A stretch of 64,000 nucleotides of DNA from Raillietiella orientalis (taxonomy: Eukaryota): NCBI GenBank assembly GCA_036172245.1, contig JAYWIR010000007.1:2604001-2668000 (forward strand). The letters are read 5' to 3'. Position 1 is the first letter of the stretch. The number at the start of each line of letters is the position of its first letter. Shown here in pieces: positions 60,773 to 64,000 of this stretch. The notes under the pieces were generated by a model, which did not search any database, was not told the DNA's origin, and saw only the letters and a list, made by a program, of their open reading frames with translations. The position numbers and the translations under genes were made by a program.

Positions 60773-63299
60773 TTAAAGCCCATTTAGGGACGATCTCCGA
60801 AAACATGTGAACTGAATTTACCGTCGCCATTTAGCATCAGGAAACCCCGAGCAGTAATGATGCGATTTCATCACCGTCGCTTTCTGGTTGCACACTGCGC
60901 GTGTCTCAGGAATTTTACTGCTGGATCTCGGCTTGACCATGTTATCATCGCTGGTGTTTTACGTCTTCATGAATGCCGTCGTCTCGCTTTGTTTTATGAA
61001 GTCAGCGCCTCCCTTAGGATGCTGCGAGCCATAAATGTGTCTTTGTAACCTGGGAACTACAAAAGATTTCGAAGGAACTACTTGGCCAAGTGAAGGCGTC
61101 CATTAAGATCGCGGAAACTGGGTTTTGCGTTCTTGAATGGCGAGCGAAAGACCACGGATCCCACAAAAGGAGCACGAGGAGAGCAGGCGTCGGCACGCAA
61201 AGCGTTTCCAAGAAGAGCGGCCCGGCGCACGCTTTCCGGAACATTCATCGAGCTTCCGTTGGATGAAGAGGTCGGACGGGACCACCCGGTAGTGTAGCCG
61301 AAACCACACCAGGTGCACGGACACCGGAGTTCGGAATCTCCGAAGCGCTTACGAAGCCCGAGCTACCCAATCTCCAGCTGCAGAAAGCCCTTCTGAGATC
61401 CTCGTGATTCCCCCGAAATACCCACTGATTCAACCACAAACTTCACCTCAGGAGCCGAATCGTTCAAATTAGCGTGGAACGCATGCGCCCGGCGCTTCTT
61501 TCTTTCCCCTCCGGGGAAAACTCCAGGACGGGAGGCGGAGTAGCTTTGCAAGAGTGCACCTCGCCGGTTCGCCCGAATCCACCTCGGTTTCCTGGAGACA
61601 GCCATCCGAACCTGCGAATCCTTGACTCGCCCCAAGTCCCGTGCTTCAGGACGGTGACCCGTGAGAGTCAGTTCCGCGCGTTTTGGCTAGAACACGACTG
61701 GGTGGAGAATTCGGCAGGGCGGGAATTCGTCGTTCAAGGAAGGAGCCATCTCCTTGGGATGGCGTCTGCTGGGTGACGCACAGATTTCGGTCTCCAGCTG
61801 CTTCGCAACCAGCGCTGCCATTCTCCGCGTGAGCGCGCGCCCAATGCGAAGGTTGCGTGCCACGCAAATCACCCCAGTATGTACTCGAGTACGCGTTCCC
61901 GTGGAGCTGACGGTCGGGGAGGAGTTCGCGCGCCTGCGGAGTCCGCTGCGCAGATGCGACGTCCAATGAGGCGAAAGAAACGAATGGTTGAAACGAATTC
62001 TTTTCATCTGCTTCTGCTCGCATCATCTTTTAAGATCGTTTTGTGGACCGAAATTTGAACGAAAGCCCATCATTCTAGATCCACGAGCGTACCCAATGCG
62101 CAGATCACGTGCCACGTACGCGCCACCACCGCCCAGACTAGAGTGAGACGGTGCGTCGCTCTACCAAATGGGGGTGTTAAGCCTTGAGGGCTTAACGTCT
62201 TTCCAGCAATGTGGAAATGATGCGCATTCATGCAGCACTTGCGTATTCTCGTTCGCGTGATTATCCGTACATGCAAGCCGAACTGCACAGTATTATCGCA
62301 TGCCCCGATCACCGCCACGAGCGCTATCGTCAGCATCATGACATGATATGGTCAAGGCGTGCTCCTCCCCAAAAGTGTGTGCCTTTCGAGAAGTCGTTGC
62401 CTCGGAAATTCCTGCAAACAACACTTGTCTTCTCCTTCCGAAAGCACCAAGAGCCACCTCCAGAGGAGGTGACACGGTGAAAGCACAGGTCGGACCGTGT
62501 GTTTTCATAGACGCGAAGCACACATTTGAAGCGAGCATCTCTTGACCTGGGGGAATCACCCACAGCCGCCGTGTGTTAGCCGATGACGAGAGCATCAGGA
62601 GCTCGCTGAGGAACCCGGGAGTTCCCGTGGAGACACGAGTGAGAACAAAGGGAAGAGCACTTCTTTTTCCTGCAAAAGGAAAAATGCGCATGAAGAGGAG
62701 GAGGCTTCGCTCGTATGGTGAAGTGCTAGCTCATCATTGTCCAGGTGGATTCTTCGCCTTCAGGGGCTTCATGTCGAAGAGTTCCAAAACGGTTCGCGGA
62801 TGCAAGGAACCGTTTCGGAAAACCAAAACAAAACAAAAAAAAAAAAAGGAGGAGAAAGAAGAGTGGATGCAGAAGGTAGGTGGAGCTTTTTTTCTTGGAC
62901 AGTGTCCCGGACTACGGCTACTGGCGTTCATGCGCCAGGGAATCTGCTGCTGACCCCTAAGAAGCAGACCTTTCAGCAGCTGATTGTCGTTCTTCGAGGA
63001 AAAGAACGTTTCCTACCACAGCGAGGGCAGCGGATGACTACGCCATCCCCAGGGGTGAAGGGCAGCTACATACATGCCCGAAAGCAGTGAAGAAGGGCCT
63101 GCATCGAGTGCTGAGAAAGATCAGAAGCCTTGACGGATTCTTCACCATTGTGAGCAGTCGGGAGCTCCCGCGACCCCAAAATCGCCACATAGCTTTTGCA
63201 TCTTCCCATTCCTTTGAGCTTTGTGCCTTTATTTTTTCCCTATTTCGGAAAGTGAGTCCCTTCACGTAGTCATCGTTTTTGGCGCTTCTTTTCCCCGAA

Positions 63300-64000
63300 C
63301 TTTCGAAAAAGTCGACGTGGAAGAGGAGGAAACTACTCTGGGATTCTAACCGTAAGCTGCCTTCTCGCTGAGTGACCTACCCCCTCTTCCTTTCCCCCCT
63401 TTCTTCCCCCCTCTACCAGTCGCAACCTCTGGAAGGGGGTGCCGAGCTGCAAGGAGCGAGTGAGAGGCCACAGTCGCGCGGGCACGCATCCGCCTCCACC
63501 CTATACACGGTCTCGGCCCTCCCTGAGCCACCTGGTGGGTGCTCCCGGAAGTCCGAACACGCGAGAACCTCCCCTGCCGTTTCAACTCCCGAACCTGCTT
63601 TCCGGAGGAGGACCTCCGCAGATGGCCGCCCGGAGACCTTCCGAGGGGCGAGCGCCGCGGTAGACTGTTGGGCCTCCTCTCTTCAGCTCCCGGTCGCCCC
63701 CGGTCCAGCAACAGCTACAAGGCGGGCACGTGAGCGACCTTTCCTCTCAGGGAGCGGCTTACGTTCAAGAGAATTCGCGCCTCCTCCACTGCTCTCCTCC
63801 CGCTCTGCGATCGCCGCATCCGCGTCTCGTCTTGGGCTCAGTTCCCCTTCCCCTCCCTCTCCTCAGGGACTCGGGGAAGGAACCTCCCGGAGCACCGCGA
63901 CGTGCTTATTGCGGCACTCCTGAAGGAACCCAGCATCCGCAGACAAGGGAGAGAGTCCCGCTCATCCCTGATTTGCTTCAAAGGCCTCTTGGCGGGATGC
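63300..64000. promoter_or_regulatory. GC/CpG-rich promoter-like island running off the right edge
   Basis: CpG-dense with pyrimidine-rich tracts; CCGGAAGT at 63545. Confidence 0.25.

Overview
Eukaryotic, transposon- and pseudogene-rich DNA. I found no intact, recognisable protein-coding gene, tRNA, rRNA or CRISPR array, and most ORFs in the supplied track look spurious. The window is dominated by decayed non-LTR retrotransposons. At least seven related L1/Tx1-like 3' fragments lie on both strands. They share a C-terminal CCHC/zf-RVT region, usually a 3'-UTR stem-loop, and a terminal motif near AATAAAYGCCCCGGCGYRACCGGGTG. In two copies, target-site duplications show that the element ends at this motif with no poly(A) tail. 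Also present: a long decayed L1-type ORF2 (~43.0-47.4 kb, minus) and an RLE-type, Utopia/NeSL-like retroelement (~24.7-28.4 kb, minus) interrupted by a 509-bp MITE. A Mutator-like TIR element carries a nested piggyBac-like element. There is a piggyBac transposase relic, a clear histone H3 pseudogene, several near-perfect palindromes (one with a miR-92-like arm), and GC/CpG-rich promoter-like islands. Host taxon cannot be fixed: some signals are animal-like and some L1 motifs are plant-like. Protein assignments come from manual translation across frameshifts and stops and from remembered family motifs, not database searches. Boundaries are approximate unless TSDs or TIRs are quoted.
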